Source of the DNA: a virus
Lineage: Duplodnaviria; Heunggongvirae; Uroviricota; Caudoviricetes
DNA length: 64,000 nt
Reading direction: 5' to 3' (one strand)
Virus record (IMG/VR): IMGVR_UViG_3300042892_003674
The position numbers and the translations under genes are program-made. The notes beneath the pieces are model-generated. The model saw only the letters and a list, made by a program, of their open reading frames with translations, did not search any database and had not been told where the DNA came from. The first letter of the stretch is position 1. Each line of letters begins with the position of its first letter. Positions 1 to 8,518 of the stretch are shown here, one piece after another.

Positions 1-73
1 GAAGAACTGGTATGACAGAAGTAAATTGGATTAAAATAAAAAGATAATATGGTTTTCTCTATTAGAAAGTAAC

Positions 74-505
74 TTATATCTTATCTACTATCTTTATATT
101 TATTCCCCAAATAGGATAATCTAAACCGGTTTTATCATTTATCACTTGGTCTAATGATAAATATCTTAATCCACTTGTAGTATTAAAACAAACGTAAATG
201 TGAGCAGTATCATCTAAATAAGGTAGTAACTCATATCTTCTTTGTAACATCTGTAAAAATGGTATGTAGTAATCTTTTACATCATTCCAATTGAATTTTT
301 GATAACCTACTGCATAGTTTTCTTCAGGTAAACCTAAACTTACGATTATATGGTTCCTCCCTGGATACTTTACTTGATCTCTTATAGATAAACTAACATT
401 ATATCCATCATCTAATAGATAAGCGAGTGAAGTCTCACAGAAGTCTTTTAACTCGTCAACCTCATCTGATTGTAAACTTTCATTAAACTTTTTTAAATGT
501 TTCAT
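74..505 (-). CDS. Orphan member of the N-leader array family (MKHLKKFNE; DFCETSLAYLLDDG; W-x-D-VKD-YYIPFL)
   Basis: Same three motifs as the 16025-27975 paralogs; TAATATATA motif just upstream. Confidence 0.85.
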   Translation of the reverse strand: MKHLKKFNESLQSDEVDELKDFCETSLAYLLDDGYNVSLSIRDQVKYPGRNHIIVSLGLPEENYAVGYQKFNWNDVKDYYIPFLQMLQRRYELLPYLDDTAHIYVCFNTTSGLRYLSLDQVINDKTGLDYPIWGINIKIVDKI

Positions 506-511
506 ATAATG

Positions 512-520
512 TATATATTA
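512..520 (-). promoter_or_regulatory. TAATATATA putative phage late-promoter motif
   Basis: Same motif recurs shortly before starts at 8519, 8796, 16025, 21717, 24857, 28654, 39301, 43687, 54392, 63656. Confidence 0.6.
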
Positions 521-535
521 TAAAATAAAATTACT

Positions 536-543
536 TATCTTTG
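536..543 (+). promoter_or_regulatory. Bacteroidota housekeeping sigma -7 element (TATCTTTG)
   Basis: Matches TAnnTTTG; sits 4 nt before the tRNA-like region. Confidence 0.7.
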
Positions 544-547
544 TAGA

Positions 548-577
548 AGTCATGTGCTGGAATGGTGTCCTGACTAC
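548..577 (+). pseudogene. Collapsed remnant of the tRNA-like element
   Basis: agtcatgtg..ggaatggt joined directly to gtcctgactac, i.e. the 5' and 3' ends of 628-730. Confidence 0.5.
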
Positions 578-627
578 AAGCAGGTGGGTTGTGAGTGACT
601 TCCCGGAAGTATGGAACTCTCATTTTT

Positions 628-729
628 AGTCAGGTGGTGAAATTGGCAACCACAGCATGTAAATCCCCGGGTATTGTGTTGAAAACTTACGAGTGATTAG
701 ATATACAGGTTCGAATCCTGTCCTGACTA
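628..729 (+). ncRNA. tRNA-like RNA with no canonical anticodon arm
   Basis: Acceptor AGTCAGG/CCTGACT, D arm GTG-AAATTGGCAAC-CAC, T arm ACAGG-TTCGAAT-CCTGT, ACT-TACG-AGT extra hairpin; 51-nt centre lacks a 7-nt anticodon loop. Confidence 0.75.
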
Positions 730-743
730 CTAAATAATAAATA

Positions 744-941
744 ATGAACGTAGGTGATATAGTAAAGATTAAAAGTATTCCAGGTTCAAGAGATATTATA
801 AAGTTTATTGGTAATAATGCAAAACATTTTATATATCTTGAGAATAGTTCATATCCATTCTTTGTATCTGAACTAGAACTTCACGAAGATCAAATAAAGC
901 TTAATAATAGAGAAATTAAACTAAATCAAATAGGAATATAA
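744..941 (+). CDS. Small hypothetical protein with C-terminal tag (NREIKLNQIGI)
   Basis: ORF, A-rich leader, tag motif. Confidence 0.75.
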   Translation: MNVGDIVKIKSIPGSRDIIKFIGNNAKHFIYLENSSYPFFVSELELHEDQIKLNNREIKLNQIGI

Positions 942-942
942 A

Positions 943-1305
943 ATGAATAAGGAAGAATTAAAAACAGTGATTGGTTCACTAATGTCAGACCTCAGAGGAA
1001 ACTGGGGCTATGATTATATTGAAAGAATGAGATTACTTATTGAACTATTAAATGAATTGAAATCATTAGATCCTGAACTCCAATCTGATTGTGATAACTT
1101 AATTAGTCATACAGAAGGTGAGATTGAAGATCCATATGATGGTAGAACTTTTAGAGGTGCATTTCTTTATGGATATGCAAGCGAAGAAGGTTGTACCAGA
1201 GAAGTACACACATATTTAGAAAGAGTTTTAACACACCCTGAATATAATAACATTAAAGTAAATATTTCTACAGAAAGAGACGAAAAACTAAATCAAATAC
1301 TATGA
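943..1305 (+). CDS. Hypothetical protein with C-terminal tag (ERDEKLNQIL)
   Basis: ORF, tag motif. Confidence 0.8.
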   Translation: MNKEELKTVIGSLMSDLRGNWGYDYIERMRLLIELLNELKSLDPELQSDCDNLISHTEGEIEDPYDGRTFRGAFLYGYASEEGCTREVHTYLERVLTHPEYNNIKVNISTERDEKLNQIL

Positions 1306-1448
1306 TAAAAAGTAAATGTTGTAATTCGACTGAACTAATCGAACCCGATTGGGATAAGGCAGAAGAAATGGGTAGTATGTGGAGAGCTTATGTTTGCTAT
1401 ATATGCAAAAAGTGTGGTAAAGTATGTGATGTACAAACCGATAAATAA
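1302..1448 (+). CDS. 48-aa Cys-rich putative Zn-binding protein (not in ORF track)
   Basis: ATGA overlap; MIKSKCC...YICKKCGKVC. Confidence 0.65.
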   Translation: MIKSKCCNSTELIEPDWDKAEEMGSMWRAYVCYICKKCGKVCDVQTDK

Positions 1449-1485
1449 AAATCAAATTAAGATTAGGTTATTCAATTTTTATACC

Positions 1486-1493
1486 TATCTTTG
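1486..1493 (+). promoter_or_regulatory. Bacteroidota -7 promoter element
   Basis: TATCTTTG upstream of 1511. Confidence 0.65.
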
Positions 1494-1510
1494 TAAAACA
1501 AAATCAAAAT

Positions 1511-1726
1511 ATGAGTAACTACTTTAAATCCGTACGTGACAACATCTTTATCTATATAGCTTATATGATAATAGTCGCTTTCCTATTATTTATCTCAATT
1601 GAAATGCTAAGACTAGCTAGACCTCTTAAAATTATAGGAATTCTAGGAACATTAGGTTCAATATGGGCAATCTTCAAATATCCAGACTTTCAAAAATACT
1701 TAACAACAAATAAAACAAAAAAATAA
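1511..1726 (+). CDS. Small membrane protein
   Basis: Two hydrophobic segments. Confidence 0.7.
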   Translation: MSNYFKSVRDNIFIYIAYMIIVAFLLFISIEMLRLARPLKIIGILGTLGSIWAIFKYPDFQKYLTTNKTKK

Positions 1727-2556
1727 TGAACTTAACATTTACAGGAATTTTAAAAATTTTAGCAGGACTCGGCCTTGTAATTACTCTCGCCATCTTTGTA
1801 TTTAGTGGTAAAACAATCAAACCCGGAGAAGAAGGGTTCCTCTTCGATAGCTTCGGCGGTGGTATCGATAAAACTATGACCTATAGTGAAGGGTATACAC
1901 CATACCTACCTTGGAAAGAAATGATTACCTACAACGTGCAGTATAAATCATATAAGTATACCGCCAAAGTACTCGATAAAGACGGAACCGAAGTAACCGT
2001 ATCCGTAACCGTGTCTGCGGCTTTACTAAGAGGTAAATCACCATTCATACACCTTAAACACGGTCCAGGCTATGAAGCTAGTGTAATTGATGTACAATCA
2101 TCCGGGGCTATTAAAGATGCTATTGGTAGATATGGATACGAACAAATATATGGAGCTAAACGTGAAAATGTAGAAAGTGAAATCGAAACAAGTATTAGAA
2201 CCTCACTAGCTAAAGAAAATATTCACGTTGCTTTCGCAGAGGTTACCGATGTTGATTTACCTGGTGCCATTGCTTCCGCTATTATCGCTAAACAAGAACA
2301 AGAACAACTTAACTTGAAAGCAGAGAAATTAAAAGCATATGAAACAAATATTGCAGCATCTACTGTAGAAGCAGCTAGAGGACGTTTTGAAACGGCTGAA
2401 TATGATACTAAAGCTAAAGCACTTATGTCTCAACCAGCAATCTTGAGATTGAAAGAACTTGAAATTGAAGAGAAGTGGGCCGATAAAGGAGTTTCTCGAT
2501 ATGGTAATAACAACGTCTTTGGTGCAGGAACAACTGTCATAAAAGGATTAAAATAA
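1726..2556 (+). CDS. SPFH/band 7/prohibitin-family membrane protein
   Basis: N-terminal TM, IKPGEEG, DVDLP-x-x-I-x-x-AI-x-x-K followed by Ala/Glu coiled coil. Confidence 0.85.
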   Translation: MNLTFTGILKILAGLGLVITLAIFVFSGKTIKPGEEGFLFDSFGGGIDKTMTYSEGYTPYLPWKEMITYNVQYKSYKYTAKVLDKDGTEVTVSVTVSAALLRGKSPFIHLKHGPGYEASVIDVQSSGAIKDAIGRYGYEQIYGAKRENVESEIETSIRTSLAKENIHVAFAEVTDVDLPGAIASAIIAKQEQEQLNLKAEKLKAYETNIAASTVEAARGRFETAEYDTKAKALMSQPAILRLKELEIEEKWADKGVSRYGNNNVFGAGTTVIKGLK

Positions 2557-2560
2557 TAAA

Positions 2561-2584
2561 AGAGGGTCTTATGACCCTCTCTTT
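2561..2584 (+). terminator. Hairpin terminator
   Basis: AGAGGGTC-TTAT-GACCCTCT then CTTT. Confidence 0.65.
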
Positions 2585-2615
2585 AGTTAAATAACAATTA
2601 TAAAAATTATAAATT

Positions 2616-2939
2616 ATGAAAAAAATCTTATCAATACTTATCCTATTATTCTTACTAACATCTTGTGAAGATAAAGGTGTAACCAGTCAAAAACTAACAG
2701 GTGACGAATCAACCTTACCCACAGAACTAAAAGGTCTTAAAGTTTATACCGTATCTACTGGTGATGGTAGCTACGTAAAAGTCGGTATTCTAAACAACCA
2801 AGCTATTTCTACGACATATCAATCAGGTAAACATTCACAATCAATAATCCTTTTGAATAACGAAACTAAAACAACAATCAATGTAGAATCAATTATATCT
2901 GAGAATGATTCTATTATAGTGATTAAAAAATCTAGATAA
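2616..2939 (+). CDS. Putative lipoprotein
   Basis: MKK + hydrophobic core + LLTSC lipobox. Confidence 0.75.
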   Translation: MKKILSILILLFLLTSCEDKGVTSQKLTGDESTLPTELKGLKVYTVSTGDGSYVKVGILNNQAISTTYQSGKHSQSIILLNNETKTTINVESIISENDSIIVIKKSR

Positions 2940-3139
2940 TGAAAGTTATAAATTCAGAGACCGTATTACAATCTATGGGAATCTATGTTATAATAACCTT
3001 GTTGAACCTTTTAATAGGTACAGGTTATTGTTTAGTAAATTCACTAGATGATTATTATATAAACTATGTAGTGATTAGTCAATTGATACTAATACCAGTA
3101 TCTATACTAATCTCAATCTTTATCAATAAAAAAATATAA
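2939..3139 (+). CDS. Small membrane protein
   Basis: Two hydrophobic helices, coupled start. Confidence 0.65.
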   Translation: MKVINSETVLQSMGIYVIITLLNLLIGTGYCLVNSLDDYYINYVVISQLILIPVSILISIFINKKI

Positions 3140-3165
3140 ACAATAAACTTAAAAGAATTAAAATT

Positions 3166-3474
3166 ATGGCATACACACGTGATGAAATAGAAAATAAACA
3201 CGGTCAATACATTGCAGATTTTTCTAGAGAGAAAGGAAATACTGAACTTGAGAAGTTTAGAAATTTTATTAAAGGTGGAAGTGGTGCTGAGTTTATCATA
3301 CCTGATAAACAAGGTTTAGACATGACTTGTATTGTTGATTTAGATGAAGGTCCAGAAGGTTATGCCTTAGTTTGTTTCAATCATCTTGGTGAAACTTTCT
3401 TTCAAACAGAAGATTGTTATAACCCAGATAAAGAATCAATTGTAGAATGCTTAAAAGATTATGATATTCTGTAA
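3166..3474 (+). CDS. Hypothetical protein
   Basis: ORF with A-rich leader. Confidence 0.75.
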   Translation: MAYTRDEIENKHGQYIADFSREKGNTELEKFRNFIKGGSGAEFIIPDKQGLDMTCIVDLDEGPEGYALVCFNHLGETFFQTEDCYNPDKESIVECLKDYDIL

Positions 3475-3477
3475 ACT

Positions 3478-4062
3478 ATGAACTTAAAAGTAAAAGATAA
3501 GGTTATACTAACCTGTGATGAAACAGATTTTGAAAACCAAGAACCGAGAAGAGATTGTATCAATAAAATAGTCACCATCAAACAAATCTTCTATGATGAT
3601 GATAATAACATTGATACATTCTTTGTAGAAGAGAATAAGTATGAATGGGTTCCTGAAAACATACTCACTAGAGTACCAAACAATATGACCCTACAAGAAA
3701 AAATCGATCTAGTCAAACAAGACATACTGACTAGGTTCCCAGATTGTCACCACACCATTAGAATACTTCTATGGGATGATAATACCGATATGGTTGAATG
3801 TAGACACGGAGACGGTGAAAAACTTTATATGTCTAGATACTATGATAATAAACTTACCTATGAAGAAATCGATCTAAGAGGTAGAGCCAATAGTATGTTG
3901 ATTGATGAAGAAGGAACTGAATACTTTCCAATGCCATACACAGACCATAGTATTACATCACAAGATTTTAAAAGCTGGTTGCAGTCAATAGATGATGATC
4001 AAACTGAATTAGAAGATTTGCACCTAGAATACCTAGCAGAGGTAAAGGCTAATAAACATTAA
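3478..4062 (+). CDS. Hypothetical protein
   Basis: ORF in tight operon. Confidence 0.75.
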   Translation: MNLKVKDKVILTCDETDFENQEPRRDCINKIVTIKQIFYDDDNNIDTFFVEENKYEWVPENILTRVPNNMTLQEKIDLVKQDILTRFPDCHHTIRILLWDDNTDMVECRHGDGEKLYMSRYYDNKLTYEEIDLRGRANSMLIDEEGTEYFPMPYTDHSITSQDFKSWLQSIDDDQTELEDLHLEYLAEVKANKH

Positions 4063-4065
4063 AAA

Positions 4066-4413
4066 ATGAGTAAAATAGAATTATACTTAGTTAAATCAAG
4101 TTCAGGTTCCTATGATGATTACAGAGAATCTAATGAAACTATTATCTATGCTACCTTAGAAGCAGCAGAGAAAAGAAAACAAGAAATTATTGATTCTCAT
4201 AAAGAAAAGCCATTCCCATTCGATTGGTGTACCGAACAGGAGTTTGATGAACTTAGATGTGAAGATGGTAAAGTAACTGATGAACAATGGACAATCTATG
4301 ACCAATGGGATTCAGATAACTATAATGCTAGAGAGTTTGGATCAGCGTGGGTACAACCAGTTGAGTTAGACCTACAAAGCTGGAGAGAAAGAAAACTAGA
4401 AAGTCTACTATAG
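4066..4413 (+). CDS. Hypothetical protein with C-terminal tag (WRERKLESLL)
   Basis: ORF, tag motif. Confidence 0.8.
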   Translation: MSKIELYLVKSSSGSYDDYRESNETIIYATLEAAEKRKQEIIDSHKEKPFPFDWCTEQEFDELRCEDGKVTDEQWTIYDQWDSDNYNAREFGSAWVQPVELDLQSWRERKLESLL

Positions 4414-4433
4414 GTTAGAGATAAAAAAATCCG

Positions 4434-4441
4434 TATATTTG
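4434..4441 (+). promoter_or_regulatory. Bacteroidota -7 element, probable leaderless transcript
   Basis: TATATTTG 4 nt before ATG 4446. Confidence 0.6.
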
Positions 4442-4445
4442 TAAT

Positions 4446-4838
4446 ATGAAACTAATCAAAGAAATAAAATCGAAAACCGGTGATATACACTTTAAACGAT
4501 GGGAAATACTTAAAACTCCCTTCGGCTCTATCTGGTTACACGCTATTCATAAAGCAGATACTGATAAACACCTTCATAACCACCCTTGGGACTTCATTTC
4601 AGTCGTTTTAAAGGGTTCTTATTATGAACAGACACCAAAGGGTAATAAGAAACAATACCCTGGTAAAATCAATGTAAGAAACGGTGAAGGATATCATAAG
4701 ATACTAGAAATGGTAAGTCCTGTTGTTTATACCTTATTCTTTGTGTCTCCACCAAAGAGACAGTGGGGTTATAGAGTTAGAGGTGAGTTTATAGATCACG
4801 AAACATATAGAGAAATGAAAAATAAAGGAGAGATATAA
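4446..4838 (+). CDS. Cupin-fold protein
   Basis: LHNHPW...VLKGSYYE...YHKI metal-binding pattern. Confidence 0.7.
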   Translation: MKLIKEIKSKTGDIHFKRWEILKTPFGSIWLHAIHKADTDKHLHNHPWDFISVVLKGSYYEQTPKGNKKQYPGKINVRNGEGYHKILEMVSPVVYTLFFVSPPKRQWGYRVRGEFIDHETYREMKNKGEI

Positions 4839-4925
4839 TATGAACATATTGACTCATGGTTGTCACTATGGGAAATAATGCCAGAAGACTTTACTCCACG
4901 AACATTAAATATAAAAAATATAGAT

Positions 4926-5138
4926 ATGAGAATTTTAGAAATTAAAGAAAAAGTACCACAAACAACAACGTTACCAGATGGTTCATATTTTGGTATATGG
5001 GGTGGTAGTGTAATTGAATTAGATTACAAAGGTAAAACTTATGAACTAACAACAGAAGAAGGTGTTAGAGGAATTGGTTATAAAGTAGTTGTAAACATCA
5101 AAGATGGTGTGGCAACGTTTACTGAGATTAAAAACTAA
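4926..5138 (+). CDS. Hypothetical protein
   Basis: ATG 4926 preferred over TTG 4860. Confidence 0.65.
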   Translation: MRILEIKEKVPQTTTLPDGSYFGIWGGSVIELDYKGKTYELTTEEGVRGIGYKVVVNIKDGVATFTEIKN

Positions 5139-5208
5139 TGTTAGTAGGTATCTTTGATTTACTGTGGGAAATAGTTGAAGGAATAATCAAGCTATTTAAA
5201 AAATAAGA

Positions 5209-5424
5209 ATGGAATCATATCTAATTATATCATTGATAGGTATATCTATCGCTGTTACCGGTTTAATACTAATAAACTGTGATATAAAGTATAAAGGTAA
5301 ATGTATTCTACACGATTGGGAATATAAGTTTGAGTACGGTGACTATTGGAAATATACAGGATCATTCCTGAAATCCAATAGAAGATATGTTTGTAATAAA
5401 TGCTATAAAGAAATAAAGGAATAA
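5209..5424 (+). CDS. Membrane-anchored C-x-x-H-x-W / CxxC putative Zn-finger protein
   Basis: TM + CILHDW...CNKC; similar layout to 29401-29595. Confidence 0.65.
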   Translation: MESYLIISLIGISIAVTGLILINCDIKYKGKCILHDWEYKFEYGDYWKYTGSFLKSNRRYVCNKCYKEIKE

Positions 5425-5425
5425 A

Positions 5426-5875
5426 ATGACGAAAGAACCTTGTATCTACAGAGGTCATAATACCGAAGAAAGAAGAGCTGCTATTGAAAGACCTGATGGT
5501 AAATCATATTGGGTAGACTTCCCAGATGATGAACCAAATGATAAAAATCTACTAACTTGGATTAAACCAATAGTAGAATCATTGACTATATCATATTGGA
5601 GAGATATAGCTTTAGATAAAACATTTAATATAAAAAGAGAACAGAGTGTCTGGGTAGAAGGACTATGGTTCTCATATGACTATAAAGACGGTGTAGTAGA
5701 AGTATATGATATAAGAAAAGATAAACATACTTTTGGTTCTATCTATAAGTCAGTAATGAGTTTATTCACAATTTCAGAAGAAACCAAACAAAAGATAAAA
5801 GATAGTATTGAAGATGTGGTAACTGATGTTACGTTCATTGATTATAAAGAAAATTCTAAATACATTAAAATATGA
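5426..5875 (+). CDS. Hypothetical protein (internal tag-like WRDIALDKTF)
   Basis: ORF in operon. Confidence 0.7.
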   Translation: MTKEPCIYRGHNTEERRAAIERPDGKSYWVDFPDDEPNDKNLLTWIKPIVESLTISYWRDIALDKTFNIKREQSVWVEGLWFSYDYKDGVVEVYDIRKDKHTFGSIYKSVMSLFTISEETKQKIKDSIEDVVTDVTFIDYKENSKYIKI

Positions 5876-6180
5876 TAATCAATAGTGTAAAAGAACTACA
5901 AGACATACTAATCTCTAGACCTGGTTACTTCGATAATATGTTAGAAGATAAGTTCAGTATAAAATTAGATGATCTTACTCCTGATAATATTAGTTGGGGT
6001 TCTATAGGTATGGATGACCTAGATAGTGTTGAAATGATTATGGACTTTGAAAAGTATTTCGATATAGAAATTCCAGATGATCTTATGAATAGTATTGAGG
6101 ATACAAATTTCTATGAGTTTTATAGTAAAGTATCTATAGCTAGAATTAGACAAGATAAATTAAACGAATTGGGAATATAG
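5872..6180 (+). CDS. Acyl-carrier-protein-like protein lacking the phosphopantetheine Ser, with C-terminal tag
   Basis: GMDDLDSVEMIMDFEKYFDIEIPDD versus ACP [25 protein letters not shown]. Confidence 0.75.
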   Translation: MIINSVKELQDILISRPGYFDNMLEDKFSIKLDDLTPDNISWGSIGMDDLDSVEMIMDFEKYFDIEIPDDLMNSIEDTNFYEFYSKVSIARIRQDKLNELGI

Positions 6181-6611
6181 TGGGTGTGGAAATAATTAAG
6201 GTAGGTGACTTAGTATCATCAAGAACATCATATCATCCACCAAAGATGATTTATGGTAACATTACAGAAATTAAAGATAGTAATGATGAAATACACGATC
6301 AATATGAAGTAATAACAGGAAACGGTGATAGAAACTCAAAACTAGAAGTCACAGTTAGTTATTTTGCGGAATTAGATGAAGATTATCATTATGATATAAC
6401 TGATGCAATAAAATACTTTGAAACTCCTTTAGTTAAAGTAGAAACTAATATGCACAATCTTGTATTTCATACAGATAAAAAAATAAAAGGTACATTTAAA
6501 CATTATAGAACTAAAATTACTAATATCAATAATAAAATAAACTTTCTAAAAAAACATAGAAATATAATAGAACAAAGAGAAGAGAAACTAGTTAGTTTAC
6601 TTGATAGATAA
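6180..6611 (+). CDS. Hypothetical protein with C-terminal tag (QREEKLVSLL)
   Basis: ORF, GTG start, tag motif. Confidence 0.7.
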   Translation: MGVEIIKVGDLVSSRTSYHPPKMIYGNITEIKDSNDEIHDQYEVITGNGDRNSKLEVTVSYFAELDEDYHYDITDAIKYFETPLVKVETNMHNLVFHTDKKIKGTFKHYRTKITNINNKINFLKKHRNIIEQREEKLVSLLDR

Positions 6612-6615
6612 AGTT

Positions 6616-6885
6616 ATGAAAGTGATGTGTGTTTATAATAGTTGTGAAGATTTAACTATTGGGAAAATATATGATGTTATACATTTGGAAAAATCTCGTA
6701 TATTACCTCGTATGTTACATTCTATACTTATTGTCAATGACAAAGATGAACAACAACTTTACTATATTGAAGATAATAAAAGAGTTTGGTTTGAAGATGC
6801 CACACCTTATATAAGAGATAATAAACTAAATGAATTAGAATTAGATAAATGGAGAGATAACCAAATAGAAAGTGTATTACAATGA
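6616..6885 (+). CDS. MKVxC small beta-barrel family protein with two tandem C-terminal tags
   Basis: MKVMCV..LTIGKIYDV..IRDNKLNEL-ELDKWRDNQIESVLQ. Confidence 0.8.
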   Translation: MKVMCVYNSCEDLTIGKIYDVIHLEKSRILPRMLHSILIVNDKDEQQLYYIEDNKRVWFEDATPYIRDNKLNELELDKWRDNQIESVLQ

Positions 6886-7106
6886 TAGTTAAATGTATAT
6901 CAACTAGTTCAACCTTTGATAGACCAGATGCTCTTCATTATAGATGGTTGACATTGGATAAGATTTATAATGTGATTGAATATAATAGTGATTTGACACA
7001 TTACGATATAAGAGATGATGGTGGAAATGTTTCATCATACCCTCAACATTGTTTTATGGATTTAATGTTGTGGAGGAATCAACAAATAGAAAGTGTATTA
7101 CAATGA
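6862..7106 (+). repeat. 24-bp exact direct repeat (6862-6885, 7083-7106) bracketing one gene
   Basis: caaatagaaagtgtattacaatga twice. Confidence 0.9.
6882..7106 (+). CDS. MKVxC family protein with C-terminal tag
   Basis: MIVKCI..LTLDKIYNV..WRNQQIESVLQ. Confidence 0.8.
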   Translation: MIVKCISTSSTFDRPDALHYRWLTLDKIYNVIEYNSDLTHYDIRDDGGNVSSYPQHCFMDLMLWRNQQIESVLQ

Positions 7107-7348
7107 GAGTGATGTGTATAAAGAAAATGATTTCTAGTGATGTTGTATTCTCTAGTATTAAAGTAGGTGACTGGATTGAAGTATATGAGAAATCTATATA
7201 CGATATGACTAATAAAGATCCCAATCATTCATCATGTTACTTTTATAGTCCATCACCTAGTAATGAGTATGCTTTTTATAAGAGTAACTTCATTACATTA
7301 GACCAGTGGAGAGAACAACAAATAGAAAAGTTATTGGATAATGAATAA
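7103..7348 (+). CDS. MKVxC family protein with C-terminal tag
   Basis: Start at ATGA overlap; MRVMCIKK..SNFITLDQWREQQIEKLL. Confidence 0.8.
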   Translation: MRVMCIKKMISSDVVFSSIKVGDWIEVYEKSIYDMTNKDPNHSSCYFYSPSPSNEYAFYKSNFITLDQWREQQIEKLLDNE

Positions 7349-7610
7349 GATAGTTTATACCGGACCAACCTGTTACTTAGGTCAATGGCATTTCACCACC
7401 TGTAAAACATATGATGTTCATCTGTATGAAAGAAGTGTGTATTATGTTATGGCAGATAATGATATACCTTATTATATAAATATGGGTAATTCACGTTCTA
7501 CATATATATCTCTGGAATCTGGAATTTTGGGTCTGTTCCCAGAGATAAATAGTAGTTTTATGACATTAGAACACTGGAGAGAGAATCAATTAAACAAGGT
7601 TGGAATATGA
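7341..7610 (+). CDS. MKVxC family protein with C-terminal tag
   Basis: FTTCKTYDV..FMTLEHWRENQLNKVGI. Confidence 0.8.
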   Translation: MNKIVYTGPTCYLGQWHFTTCKTYDVHLYERSVYYVMADNDIPYYINMGNSRSTYISLESGILGLFPEINSSFMTLEHWRENQLNKVGI

Positions 7611-7882
7611 AATATGTTAAATGTATTTATAAAGGCAGATTTTTAGGTAGTCCATATAGTGATTTAACCGCAGATAAGATCTATGAGGTTATAAATCATA
7701 ATTCAGATACTAAACCTCATAATAACCCCACCTATACAGGTAATATATGGAACGAATCAATTGATATTATTAACGACAAAAATGAATTGAGAAATTACTA
7801 TCTAATAGATACTGATGGTAGATGGTTTGAAGATGTCACATCCGAAATAAGAAATGATAAACTAAATGAATTAGGTATATGA
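7607..7882 (+). CDS. MKVxC family protein with C-terminal tag
   Basis: MKYVKCI..LTADKIYEV..IRNDKLNELGI. Confidence 0.8.
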   Translation: MKYVKCIYKGRFLGSPYSDLTADKIYEVINHNSDTKPHNNPTYTGNIWNESIDIINDKNELRNYYLIDTDGRWFEDVTSEIRNDKLNELGI

Positions 7883-7959
7883 AAGTTATATGTGTTAAGA
7901 AGAGTAATTTCATCACCTTACAACAATGGAGAGAGAATCAACTAAATAAAATATTATAA
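7879..7959 (+). CDS. 26-aa mini-member: family N-end fused directly to tag (not in ORF track)
   Basis: MKVICVKKSNFITLQQWRENQLNKIL, ATGA-coupled. Confidence 0.65.
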   Translation: MKVICVKKSNFITLQQWRENQLNKIL

Positions 7960-7974
7960 AAAGTTAAAATAATA

Positions 7975-8006
7975 TTTGGTAGTCTAATTTAGTTTACATA
8001 TCTTTG
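7975..8006 (+). promoter_or_regulatory. Complete Bacteroidota promoter
   Basis: TTTG-N20-TATCTTTG. Confidence 0.8.
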
Positions 8007-8027
8007 TATCTAATTTAATAAAATAAT

Positions 8028-8102
8028 ATGAGAAGAATTATCTGTAATTTCATCAGTAAGATTACCTCTGGAAAGATTTGTTTCGGTTGGTGTAAAAATT
8101 AA
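8028..8102 (+). CDS. 24-aa cationic Cys-containing peptide (not in ORF track)
   Basis: MRRIICNFISKITSGKICFGWCKN; own promoter and terminator. Confidence 0.65.
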   Translation: MRRIICNFISKITSGKICFGWCKN

Positions 8103-8107
8103 AACAT

Positions 8108-8135
8108 AATCCACTCGTTAAAGAGTGGGTTTTTT
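8108..8135 (+). terminator. Rho-independent terminator
   Basis: AATCCACTC-GTTAAA-GAGTGGGTT + T run. Confidence 0.8.
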
Positions 8136-8141
8136 AGTTTC

Positions 8142-8202
8142 ATATGGAACGAAACAATTGATATTTTTAAGAAATGATAAACTAAAACAACTGGGAATAT
8201 GA
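8142..8202 (+). pseudogene. Deleted, frameshifted relic of a 7607-like gene
   Basis: IWNETIDI followed out of frame by RNDKLKQLGI; both match 7607-7882. Confidence 0.6.
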
Positions 8203-8405
8203 AAGTGATGTGTATAGATCAATGTAATTTCAAAATGTGTGGATTTACTATTGAACCTGGTGACTGGTTAGAAGTTTATGATAATACCACAGATATAATT
8301 TCATATACATTTGAGAGAAATGGTAGTGAATGGTTTGTTGAGAAATATAAATTCATTACCGTTCAACAATTCAGACAGAAACAACTAGAAAAGATTGGTG
8401 TATAA
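8199..8405 (+). CDS. MKVxC family protein with C-terminal tag
   Basis: MKVMCI..FITVQQFRQKQLEKIGV. Confidence 0.8.
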   Translation: MKVMCIDQCNFKMCGFTIEPGDWLEVYDNTTDIISYTFERNGSEWFVEKYKFITVQQFRQKQLEKIGV

Positions 8406-8426
8406 AATCCGTACGTTTTTTATACT
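8399..8426. repeat. 28-bp palindromic site, copy 1
   Basis: tgtataaaatccgtacgttttttatac(t). Confidence 0.85.
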
Positions 8427-8518
8427 CTGTTTCACAGACTTAGAAGATGAAGACTTAATGTTTGACTTTTGTTAAAAAATAATGTGTTTTTTATTTAATA
8501 TATAAAAATAAAAATATT

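Noticed and set aside
628-729. Assignment as tRNA-Leu or an intron-containing tRNA
   Set aside because: D loop is Leu-like but no anticodon can be read, and the centre is too short for a self-splicing intron
1525-4441. Partial matches to the 28-bp palindrome (aaatccgtacgt near 1526, aaaatccgta near 4426)
   Set aside because: Lack the TGTATA arms; one is inside a CDS and the other is part of a promoter
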